Source: Dehalococcoidia bacterium
GTDB taxonomy: Bacteria > Chloroflexota > Dehalococcoidia > SM23-28-2 > RBG-16-64-32
Assembly (NCBI GenBank): GCA_963665775.2
Contig: CAXXTF010000002.1
Coordinates: 1,120,001-1,184,000, forward strand
DNA: 64,000 nt
Direction: 5' to 3'
A model generated the notes under the pieces. That model was not told where the DNA came from and did no database searches. It saw only the letters and a program-made list of their open reading frames with translations. Below, piece by piece: positions 38,823-47,169 of this stretch; the stretch's first letter is position 1, and the number at the start of each line of letters is the position of its first letter. A program made the translations under genes and the position numbers.

Positions 38823-39316
38823 GGCGTCACTTCACCGCCACCGGCTTCGTAGTGCAGGGGGATTGCACTATCCTGCACTGGCACAAACGGCTCCAGCAAT
38901 GGATGCCCCCAGGCGGCCACATCGAGCCGGACGAAGACCCCGTTGCCGCCGTCCTCCGAGAGATCCGCGAGGAGACGGGCGTGACGGCCGAGGTCATCCC
39001 CTCTGCCCCCGTCCTCCCTTTCGCCCAGCCCGGCCAGGTGCAGCCGCCGTACACGATCCTCCTGGAGGACATCCCCGAGCCCGACGAGCCCCACCAGCAC
39101 ATCGACTTCATCTACTTCTGCCGCCCCCTGGATGGTGCGCCCACCGATCCTTCCCCGGACCCTACCCTCCTCTGGGTGGAGGAAGGGACGCTGCGCGCCA
39201 ACCGACCCCTGAACGTGGCCGGCCGCGACCTCTCAGTGCCCATCGCCACGGACGTCCGGCTCCTCGCCCTCATCGCCATCGACACCGCCCGCCAGAGCCC
39301 GGATTCTAGGCCATAG
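38819..39316 (+). CDS. NUDIX hydrolase (probable CTG start)
   Basis: RHFTATGFV, PGGHIEPDEDPVAAVLREIREETG Nudix box, HQHIDFIY. Confidence 0.85.
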   Translation: MRRHFTATGFVVQGDCTILHWHKRLQQWMPPGGHIEPDEDPVAAVLREIREETGVTAEVIPSAPVLPFAQPGQVQPPYTILLEDIPEPDEPHQHIDFIYFCRPLDGAPTDPSPDPTLLWVEEGTLRANRPLNVAGRDLSVPIATDVRLLALIAIDTARQSPDSRP

Positions 39317-39325
39317 GTTCTGCCA

Positions 39326-40630
39326 ATGCTTAGCCTACCCTTGATCCGTGAGGAGCCAGAGGGGGTCCGCCGCGCCCTTGCCCGCCGCGGCGCCGAGGCC
39401 CCCCTGGACGACGTCCTCGCCCTCGACACCGACTGGCGCCGCGCCCTCCAGGAGGTCGAATCCCTCCGCGCCGAGCGTAATGACATATCGAAGGAGATCG
39501 GCGAACTGGCCCGCCTGGCCAGGACCGCCGAGACCAAGGAGGCCAAGCACGCCGAGCACCGCCGCAGCGACCTGGTCGCCCGCTCCGCCTTCCTCGGCGA
39601 ACGGCTGGAGGGCCTGGAAGGGCAGTTTCGGGAGATAGAGGGCCGCCTGCACCAGCTCCTGCTGGAGATCCCCAACCTCCCCGCGGATAACGTCCCCGAC
39701 GGGCCAGACGAATCGGCCAACGTCATCGTCCGCACGGAGGGCCAGCCCGCCGAAACCACGTTCCATAAGCCCCACTGGGAGCTTGGCGAGGCCCTGGACA
39801 TCATCGATTTCCAACGCGGCAGCAAGCTCTCCGGCAGCCGCTTCTTCATCCTCAAGGGCCTGGGCTCCCGCCTGGGGCGTACCCTCACCCAGTGGATGCT
39901 GGACTTCCACCTGGACCGTGGCTACACGGAGATCTCTCCCCCGGCCATGCTCAAGGAAGAGAACATGTGGGCCGGCGGCTGGCTCCCCAAGTTCGCCGAC
40001 AACATGTACCACGACGCCGAGGAGGACTACTGGTTCGTCCCCACCGCCGAGGTGGCCCTCACCAACCTCCACCGCGACGAGATTCTCGAGCCCCAGACCA
40101 TCCCCTTGAACTACGTCGCCTACACCCCCTGTTTCCGCCGCGAGAAGATGTCCGCCGGCCGCGACGTCCGCGGCATCAAGCGCGTCCATCAGTTCGACAA
40201 GGTAGAGCTGTACCGGCTCGTCGAGCCGGAAAGGTCGGAGGCGGCGCTGGAGGCGCTGGTGGAGGACGCCGAGGCGATCTGCCGCACCCTGGCCATCCCT
40301 CATCGCGTACTCCAGCTTTGCAGCGGCGATCTGGGCTTCAACGCGGCCAAGAGCTATGACATCGAGATGTGGGCGCCCGGCTGCGGCGAGTGGCTGGAGG
40401 TCTCCTCCTGCTCCAACTGCACCGACTTCCAGGCCCGCCGCGCCAACATCCGCTTCCGCCGCCAGAAGGGCGCCCGCCCGGAGCATCCCCATACGCTCAA
40501 CGGCTCCGGCCTGGCCCTCCCCCGCACCCTCATCGCCGTCCTGGAGAACTACCAGCAGCCGGACGGCTCCGTGACGGTACCGGAGGTGCTTCGACCGTAC
40601 ATGGGCGGTATCGAGCGGATCGGCCCGTAA
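39326..40630 (+). CDS. serS: Serine--tRNA ligase
   Basis: PTAEV, CFRRE, RVHQFDKVE, EVSSCSNCTDFQARR, HTLNGSGLA. Confidence 0.97.
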   Translation: MLSLPLIREEPEGVRRALARRGAEAPLDDVLALDTDWRRALQEVESLRAERNDISKEIGELARLARTAETKEAKHAEHRRSDLVARSAFLGERLEGLEGQFREIEGRLHQLLLEIPNLPADNVPDGPDESANVIVRTEGQPAETTFHKPHWELGEALDIIDFQRGSKLSGSRFFILKGLGSRLGRTLTQWMLDFHLDRGYTEISPPAMLKEENMWAGGWLPKFADNMYHDAEEDYWFVPTAEVALTNLHRDEILEPQTIPLNYVAYTPCFRREKMSAGRDVRGIKRVHQFDKVELYRLVEPERSEAALEALVEDAEAICRTLAIPHRVLQLCSGDLGFNAAKSYDIEMWAPGCGEWLEVSSCSNCTDFQARRANIRFRRQKGARPEHPHTLNGSGLALPRTLIAVLENYQQPDGSVTVPEVLRPYMGGIERIGP

Positions 40631-40684
40631 CCAGCCCCAGCGATCAACGGACACCCTCCAGCAAGTGGTAAGATAGAGAGTGCC

Positions 40685-41800
40685 ATGCGCATCCTCGCCA
40701 TAGACGTGGGCACCGGCACCCAGGACATCCTCCTGTTCGACTCCACGCAGCCGGTGGAGAACGCCCTCCAGATGATCATGCCCTCCCCCACGCAGATCGC
40801 CGCCGGCCGTATCCGGCGCGCCACCGGGGAGGGTCGCCCTGTCGTCCTCACCGGCATCATCGCCGGCGGCGGCCCCTGCCACTGGGCCCTGGAGGATCAC
40901 CTGAAGGCGAAGCGCCCCGCCTACGCCACCGCCGAGGCCGCCGTCACTTTCGACGACGACCTGGAGGCCGTCGAGCGCATGGGCGTGACCCTCGTCTCCC
41001 AGGACGAAGTCGCCTCGCTGGACGCCGATCACGTCGACCTGCGCGACCTGGATCTGCCCGCCATTCGCGCCGCCTTCGCCGCCTTCGATGTCGATACCCA
41101 CTTCGATGGCCTGGCCCTGGCCTGCCTGGACCACGGCGCGTCGCCCCCCGGCTACTCCGACCGTCTATTCCGCTTCGAGCACCTGCGCCGAGTGGTGGAG
41201 AGCCGCAACGACCTGCGCGCCTTCGCCTGCCTCCCCGATGAGCTTCCCGATTACCTCACTCGAGCCCGCGCCCTCGTCGCCGCCGCGGACGCCGACATCC
41301 CCACCGTCTTCCTGGACACCGGCCCGGCCGCCGCCTTAGGCGCCCTGCAGGACCCCCTCGTTGGCCAGGCGCCGGAGCAGCTCGTCCTCAACCTGGGCAA
41401 CATGCACGCCCTGGCCTTTCATCTCCGCGGCACCCGTATCCACTCCCTCTACGAGCACCACACCGGCGAGCTCACGGCCCAGCAACTTGAGGACTTCAGC
41501 CAGCGCCTTATCACCGGCGACCTACCCCACGAGGACGTCTTCAACTCCAAGGGCCACGGCGTCTACTATGTGGACCGCGACGGCGCCCGCAACCCCTTCG
41601 TCGCCGTCACCGGGCCACAGCGCGGCAAGCTCCGCGGCAGCTGCCTTGACCCCTACTTCGCCGTCCCCCACGGCGACATGATGGTCTCCGGCTGCTTCGG
41701 CCTCCTCTGGGCCTTCGCCGAGAAGCAGCCCCGGCAACGAGATGAGATCCTCACCGCCCTCGGCATCAGCGAGGTGCCGGCGGGGGAGTCAGTCGCGTAG
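40685..41800 (+). CDS. DUF1786-like protein
   Basis: ILAIDVGTGTQDIL, MPSPT, DHG...SDR.FRF, DTGPAAALGAL, NLGNMH, EHHTG, PHGDMM. Confidence 0.75.
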   Translation: MRILAIDVGTGTQDILLFDSTQPVENALQMIMPSPTQIAAGRIRRATGEGRPVVLTGIIAGGGPCHWALEDHLKAKRPAYATAEAAVTFDDDLEAVERMGVTLVSQDEVASLDADHVDLRDLDLPAIRAAFAAFDVDTHFDGLALACLDHGASPPGYSDRLFRFEHLRRVVESRNDLRAFACLPDELPDYLTRARALVAAADADIPTVFLDTGPAAALGALQDPLVGQAPEQLVLNLGNMHALAFHLRGTRIHSLYEHHTGELTAQQLEDFSQRLITGDLPHEDVFNSKGHGVYYVDRDGARNPFVAVTGPQRGKLRGSCLDPYFAVPHGDMMVSGCFGLLWAFAEKQPRQRDEILTALGISEVPAGESVA

Positions 41801-41986
41801 CGCTCGCCCTGATCCTAGCAAAGTGTACCGCCAGGTCAGCCTAGACGGGATAGGAAAGCCCGCCTGCAATTCGAGTTCGATGAGGTGTAGGGGGGCACAG
41901 CTACAGCTGTTGTCTGGCCTAAAGTCCACCTTCCCAGCCTGACCCCCTTACAAAGCGAGGCCCAAGAGTAATAGCCAGGAGGATCA

Positions 41987-42574
41987 ATGATGGCGAACCT
42001 GAACCTGGACAAGAACCGGACTGCCGTGATAGCAAGCGAGCTATCCAAGGGAAACTACGCCAACAATCAGATGGCTCAAGAGCGAAACCTCATTGGAAAC
42101 GCCAGAAAGGTTATCGATGCCGCAAGGGCCGCCGGCATTCCCGTGATTCACGTGACGATCGGTTTCCGAGAAGGTTACCCCGAGATCAATGACCGTAACA
42201 AGCTGTTTCGCATGATCAAGGAGTCAGGTGGCCTCAAGGCCGGCAGCGAGCACGTGGCGTTCCACGACGACGTGAAGCCGGCCCCCGGTGAAGTGGTCGT
42301 CAGCCGCCCGCGAGTCAACCCGTTCTACAACTCCGAGCTGGAGTCTATCCTCAAGGCCAGAGATATCGACACCGTGGCCGTTATGGGCATGCTGACCAAT
42401 TTCAGCGTGGAGACAACCGTCCGCCACGCCGCCGATGCCGACTATCGGGTCATCCTTCTGGAGGACTGCTGCGCCAGCCAGCGGCGGGAGGACCACGACT
42501 GGACGATCGAGAACTTTCTCTCTCGTCTGGCCGACATCGCATCCTCGGACGATTTCGTCGAGAGCGTGCGCTAG
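41987..42574 (+). CDS. Isochorismatase/cysteine hydrolase family protein
   Basis: ARAAGIPVIHV, RVNPFYNSELESIL, GMLTNFSVETTVRHAADADY..EDCC. The usual nucleophile Cys appears as Ser. Confidence 0.85.
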   Translation: MMANLNLDKNRTAVIASELSKGNYANNQMAQERNLIGNARKVIDAARAAGIPVIHVTIGFREGYPEINDRNKLFRMIKESGGLKAGSEHVAFHDDVKPAPGEVVVSRPRVNPFYNSELESILKARDIDTVAVMGMLTNFSVETTVRHAADADYRVILLEDCCASQRREDHDWTIENFLSRLADIASSDDFVESVR

Positions 42575-42913
42575 CGGCCCCTCATCCTGGCCAACCCGGA
42601 AGCGAGCGCGTCCGCCACTGACCGGCGACGCCCGGCGGACGGCCACTTTCCCCGCCCGCCCATTGTCACCTTTGCCGCTGAAGCCCCCTCCCACCGCCGG
42701 CGGCCCGGTTGGTGAGCAACCTTCCCACGTGGCCGTCGGCCGCCGCCCGGTTGGAATCTCCCGTTACCGTGAAATGGGCACCTATCTGGAGCTGGCCCAC
42801 GCCGACGAAATAGTCTGGTCGCGACGGCTGATGAGGTCTAGACAATAGCAGGCTGACGTGTCTATAATCACCAATCACGCCGTCTATGCGTTTAATCGCC
42901 AGAATCTATACCA

Positions 42914-43861
42914 ATGCATGAATACATACTGAGAAGGCTCCTCTACAGCATCCCGGTAGTATTCTTCACGCTGGTAATAATCTTCCTGATCATCAACGCC
43001 ATCCCCGGGGATGTAGTTGACGTCCAAACAGCCGGGACCACTCTTTCAGAAGAAGCGATCGCCGAGTACAAGCGCGAGGTTGGTCTGGACAAGCCGTTGC
43101 CCTTGCGTTTCTTCTCCTGGTTAGGCGACCTAGCCAGGGGCGATCTAGGAACGTCAATCTTCACCGGAGTGAAGGTGCAGACCGAGCTGGAGAGGAGGGT
43201 GCCTGTCACGCTACAGCTGGGGATTTTTGGTCTCACTCTGGCGATGATCATAGCCATTCCCCTGGGCATCATATCGGCCATCCGGGCTAACACACCTATT
43301 GACTACGTGGCCAGGTTCTTGGCCATCGGTGGCCTTGCCGTGCCGAACTTCGTCGTCGCCGTACTGGCCATACTCTTGCTCTCCAAATACCTGAACTACT
43401 TCCCAGGGGTTGGCTACGTGCTCCCGTGGGTCGATCCGGTGGAGAACTTTAGGCTGATGTGGCTGCCCGTGTTGCTCGTTGGCACAGCTCAATCGGCATC
43501 GGTCGCCCGCATGGTCCGCTCCACCCTTCTCGAGGTCCTCCATTCCGACTACATACGCACGGCCTGGTCGAAGGGCCTCCGGGAGAGAGCGGTCGTGATG
43601 CGCCATGCTATCAGGAACGCCCTGATCCCGGTGATCACGATAATCGGTCTGCAGGCCCGAGCGATAATCGGTGGCATCGTCCTTATCGAGATCGTGTTCG
43701 GCAAACCAGGAATGGGATCCTGGATGGTAGAATCGATCTTCCGTCGCGACCTCATTCCCCTCCAAGCTATCATCCTCCTTTTCGCCCTGACGGTAGTCGT
43801 GGTGAATCTGATAGTGGACATCTCCTATTCTTGGCTTGATCCGCGTATCAGGCTGAAATGA
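42914..43861 (+). CDS. Peptide/nickel ABC permease (DppB-like)
   Basis: YILRRLL, GDLGTS, DYIRTAWSKGL...RHAIRNALIPVIT, DPRIR. Confidence 0.93.
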   Translation: MHEYILRRLLYSIPVVFFTLVIIFLIINAIPGDVVDVQTAGTTLSEEAIAEYKREVGLDKPLPLRFFSWLGDLARGDLGTSIFTGVKVQTELERRVPVTLQLGIFGLTLAMIIAIPLGIISAIRANTPIDYVARFLAIGGLAVPNFVVAVLAILLLSKYLNYFPGVGYVLPWVDPVENFRLMWLPVLLVGTAQSASVARMVRSTLLEVLHSDYIRTAWSKGLRERAVVMRHAIRNALIPVITIIGLQARAIIGGIVLIEIVFGKPGMGSWMVESIFRRDLIPLQAIILLFALTVVVVNLIVDISYSWLDPRIRLK

Positions 43862-43872
43862 TGGTTTGAGAA

Positions 43873-44772
43873 ATGGCTGTGCAACAACCGAATGTGCTAG
43901 TGCGCAGGCAACTTCCCGTTCTCAATACGGCCCTATCCGTGGTACGGCCGGCCCGGCGCTTTGCCAGGCGCCAGCCTGTGGGATTCGTCGCGGTGGTCAT
44001 CTTACTTACCCTCATCGTGATGGCCGTCATCGGGCCGGAGATAGTCCCTTACGAGGCGACCGAATTTACCAGGGATCGGCTCGAGGCGCCCTCCTTGAAA
44101 CACCCCCTTGGGACCGACCAGGTATCGCGCGACGTCCTGAGCCGCGTAATCAGCGGTGCCCGCGTCTCCCTGCAGGTAGGGCTCGCCTCCGTGGCTCTGG
44201 GCATCGGCGGAGGGGCTGTTGTGGGCGTGACCTCAGGTTACTTCGGAGGTCAAGTAGACACACTGGTGCAGCGAATCATGGATGCCATGTTATCCTTTCC
44301 GTCGTTGGTCTTAGCGCTCGCCCTGGCGGCGGTTATGAACCCCGGCTTGACAACGGCCATCCTCGCCATAGGCGTCACCATCCTTCCCTCCGCCAATCGA
44401 GTGGTCCGCGGCTCCACGCTCTCCATTAAGGAGAACGTGTATGTAGAGGCGGCGCGCGCTCTGGGTGCGTCCAATCTGAGGATTATATTGTTGCACATCG
44501 TCCCGAACCTGTTCGCGGTGGTCATGGTGATGATCTCCATAACGATGGGCGCCGCCATCATCATCGAGGCCAGCCTGTCCTTCCTGGGACTGGGCGTTCA
44601 GCCGCCCTCGGTCTCTTGGGGCGCGATGATCAACTCTTCACGCGTATTCATGGAGGTCGCGCCCTGGCTGGTGTTGGTGCCGGGCATCGCGATCGCTCTC
44701 GTGGTACTCTCCTTCAACCTCCTTGGCGACGCCCTCCGAGATTACTTCGATCCTAGCCTGAGGGGACGCTAA
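43873..44772 (+). CDS. Peptide/nickel ABC permease (DppC-like)
   Basis: HPLGTD, YVEAARALGAS, EASLSFLGLG, FNLLGDALRD. Confidence 0.93.
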   Translation: MAVQQPNVLVRRQLPVLNTALSVVRPARRFARRQPVGFVAVVILLTLIVMAVIGPEIVPYEATEFTRDRLEAPSLKHPLGTDQVSRDVLSRVISGARVSLQVGLASVALGIGGGAVVGVTSGYFGGQVDTLVQRIMDAMLSFPSLVLALALAAVMNPGLTTAILAIGVTILPSANRVVRGSTLSIKENVYVEAARALGASNLRIILLHIVPNLFAVVMVMISITMGAAIIIEASLSFLGLGVQPPSVSWGAMINSSRVFMEVAPWLVLVPGIAIALVVLSFNLLGDALRDYFDPSLRGR

Positions 44773-44777
44773 ATCTC

Positions 44778-44842
44778 CTGAAAATCGGCTCTGAAAATCG
44801 CCCCTGAAAACTATTGACCTAAGGACCCGACCTGTCTAATAT
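44778..44842 (+). promoter_or_regulatory. Three CTGAAAA direct repeats (13-bp period) abutting a sigma70 promoter
   Basis: CTGAAAA at 44778, 44791 and 44804; TTGACC-17-TAATAT (44814-44842). Confidence 0.55.
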
Positions 44843-44904
44843 ATGAAACCAATTAAGATACTCCACAGCAGGGGAACCCGCCGCAACGGATAAAGGAGGC
44901 TACA

Positions 44905-46827
44905 ATGGCAGGCGACAGCAGCTACTGGCAGCGATACTGGTCCAAGAGAGTGACGCGCCGGGGAGTGCTTCGCGGCGGCGCCGTGGCGGCCGCTGGCTTA
45001 ACCGCGGCAGCCGTAGTGGGCTGCGGCGACGATGATGAGGCGCCGGCGGCCACCACACCGGCGGCCACGGCTACACCGCAGGCTACGAATGGACAGGTAG
45101 CCGGGAGGCCCTACTTCCGAACCTACCCGGCGGCCCCTTCCTACTCCTCGTCCGCAAACCAGGCACTCCTTAGGGAGTTCCACTTCTCTGTAATCGGGCC
45201 ACAGGTCCACGTGCTGGGGACACCGCAGCTGGGCGGCGTGTTCTCCCCGCAAACGTTCAACCCCCCACCGACGTTGCACCCGCTGGACCCGGCGGTCGCC
45301 AGCACCGGCCAGTGGCCGGGCGGTCCCTACGCCGCCAACCTGGTGATGGCCGACTGGTGGGACGACCCAGAGCAGAACGGCCCCACCACTCGCTACGCCG
45401 TTTCCGAGTCGTTTGAGACGCCGGATCCTACTACTTTCAACTTCAGGCTGCGTACGCCGCGGCCCTGGTTCCATGACGTCCCACCGGCCAACGGCGACCC
45501 GCTCACGATCGAGGACATTCAGGCCACGTACGAGCTCTACGCCGGGCACAAGTTTTTTGAAGCGAACTTCAAGGACATCACCAGCATCACGGAGCCGGAA
45601 CCGGGCCTCGTACAGATCAAGACCTCTCAGCCCGCGGTCCACCTCCTGGGCGCGCTGCGGAAGGAAGCCTTCACGATCCTTAACAGGAAGCTGATCGAGG
45701 AGGGTGACGAGGCGATGAACTCGAAGGCTATCAGCCTCGGTGCCTTTACCCAGCACACGTTCATCCCGAGCCAGCTTCGCGCTTATAAGCGGAACCCCAA
45801 CTGGTGGTGGCCCAAGGATCAGTTCGGCAACCAGCAGCCGTACCAGGACGGCTTCACGATGAACATCATTGCAGACCCAGCCGCTGGCTTAGCGGCGTTC
45901 CGTACCGGGCAGACCGACTACTATAGGCCCAACAGTGTTGAAGAGTTCGACCAGCTGCGCGGTGACCTCGGCGATGATGTGTGGCCGTTCGCATCGGTCG
46001 GCCCCGCTAGCTCAACAGTTGCCCTTGTTCCTAGCATGCGCGACCCAGCGTTGCAGAACCCCAACGTGCGGCGGGCCATATCGATGGGGATAGACCAGCA
46101 AACAATCCTCGATGTTGTGTTTGGTGGGGCGGCCACGCCCCGCCCCTGGATCCCCTGGTACTTCCGGGGTCTCAAATGGCCGGAAACCCTGGATCAGATG
46201 GGCCCATACTTCAAGTTCGACCCGGAGGGGGCCAAGAACCTCCTCGCCGAAGCCAATGTCCAGACGCCGCTCAAATTGCAGATGTTTTTCACGGGAACGG
46301 TGGAGCAAGCGGGCGGTGGTGGTGTGTTTGCCACCGGAGACCCGTACGTGGAGCCGGCACGGCAAACTCTCAAGGACATCGGTATCGAGTTGGACCTCGT
46401 GCCTCAGGACAGGACGAGCCTGAGACTGAAAACCTTCGACGGCGAGTGGATCGGCATGGGGTCTATCAGCATTGGAACCAGCGCCGTAGACGCGGACGAA
46501 TGGGTCCAACGGGCGGTGTCCGGCACCGGCTCCAACCCTAACGGGATATCAGACCCCAAGATAGACCAGTGGTTCCTCGACGAGCGGGCCGAGGTTGATC
46601 CCGTGGAGCGGGCCAAGATCTTCCAGAAGATAGAGCAGTACGCGGTTCAGGACCAGCTGCTGTGGGGTCCGGTGATGCCCAGGATCTTCAGCCTGGCCCT
46701 GTGGAAGCGGTACGTCCACAACATGATTGAGACCTCCCTGTACACCATCAACGGCGGCCTGCAGTTCCAGCAGACCGAGGTGTGGTTGGATAGCAACGCG
46801 CCCTCGCGCGACATTGACAACCTCTAG
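44905..46827 (+). CDS. Family-5 ABC solute-binding lipoprotein with Tat signal
   Basis: VTRRGVLRG twin-arginine, VVGC lipobox, YKRNPNWW, NVRRAISMGID; AAGGAGG RBS. Confidence 0.88.
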   Translation: MAGDSSYWQRYWSKRVTRRGVLRGGAVAAAGLTAAAVVGCGDDDEAPAATTPAATATPQATNGQVAGRPYFRTYPAAPSYSSSANQALLREFHFSVIGPQVHVLGTPQLGGVFSPQTFNPPPTLHPLDPAVASTGQWPGGPYAANLVMADWWDDPEQNGPTTRYAVSESFETPDPTTFNFRLRTPRPWFHDVPPANGDPLTIEDIQATYELYAGHKFFEANFKDITSITEPEPGLVQIKTSQPAVHLLGALRKEAFTILNRKLIEEGDEAMNSKAISLGAFTQHTFIPSQLRAYKRNPNWWWPKDQFGNQQPYQDGFTMNIIADPAAGLAAFRTGQTDYYRPNSVEEFDQLRGDLGDDVWPFASVGPASSTVALVPSMRDPALQNPNVRRAISMGIDQQTILDVVFGGAATPRPWIPWYFRGLKWPETLDQMGPYFKFDPEGAKNLLAEANVQTPLKLQMFFTGTVEQAGGGGVFATGDPYVEPARQTLKDIGIELDLVPQDRTSLRLKTFDGEWIGMGSISIGTSAVDADEWVQRAVSGTGSNPNGISDPKIDQWFLDERAEVDPVERAKIFQKIEQYAVQDQLLWGPVMPRIFSLALWKRYVHNMIETSLYTINGGLQFQQTEVWLDSNAPSRDIDNL

Positions 46828-46848
46828 GGGTCCCAAGCACTAGGCGCC

Positions 46849-46886
46849 CGGCGTGCCCGGTTGACGCGAGTCGGCCGGGCACGCCG
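46849..46886 (+). terminator. Strong GC hairpin with GCGA tetraloop after the binding-protein gene
   Basis: CGGCGTGCCCGG-TTGAC-GCGA-GTCGG-CCGGGCACGCCG. Confidence 0.55.
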
Positions 46887-47169
46887 TCTGGTTGAGTTGG
46901 GACAGCTTTGGGACTAAGGGCAGCAGGCTAGGCATGGCACTGAGCGCGAGACGCCCCGCTCGAATGTGTATCGTTGGAGGCTCTGCTAAAGCCCGAATCT
47001 TGCCGCGCCGGCACTTAAAAGCGTATCCTTCTGGCATTGTGAACTTCGCTATGTGTCCGGGAGGGGCCACGGGTTGACAGCGCTCCCGTAGGGATATAAG
47101 TTCTAAGTACCATATGTAAAGCGTATAGCGGCGGATGGCCCCCTCTTCTAACGTCAATGGAGGTGCTAG

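Noticed and set aside
47038-47055. Second Rex site upstream of Mo-enzyme copy 1
   Set aside because: Only the TTGTGAA half matches; the second half has the wrong spacing.
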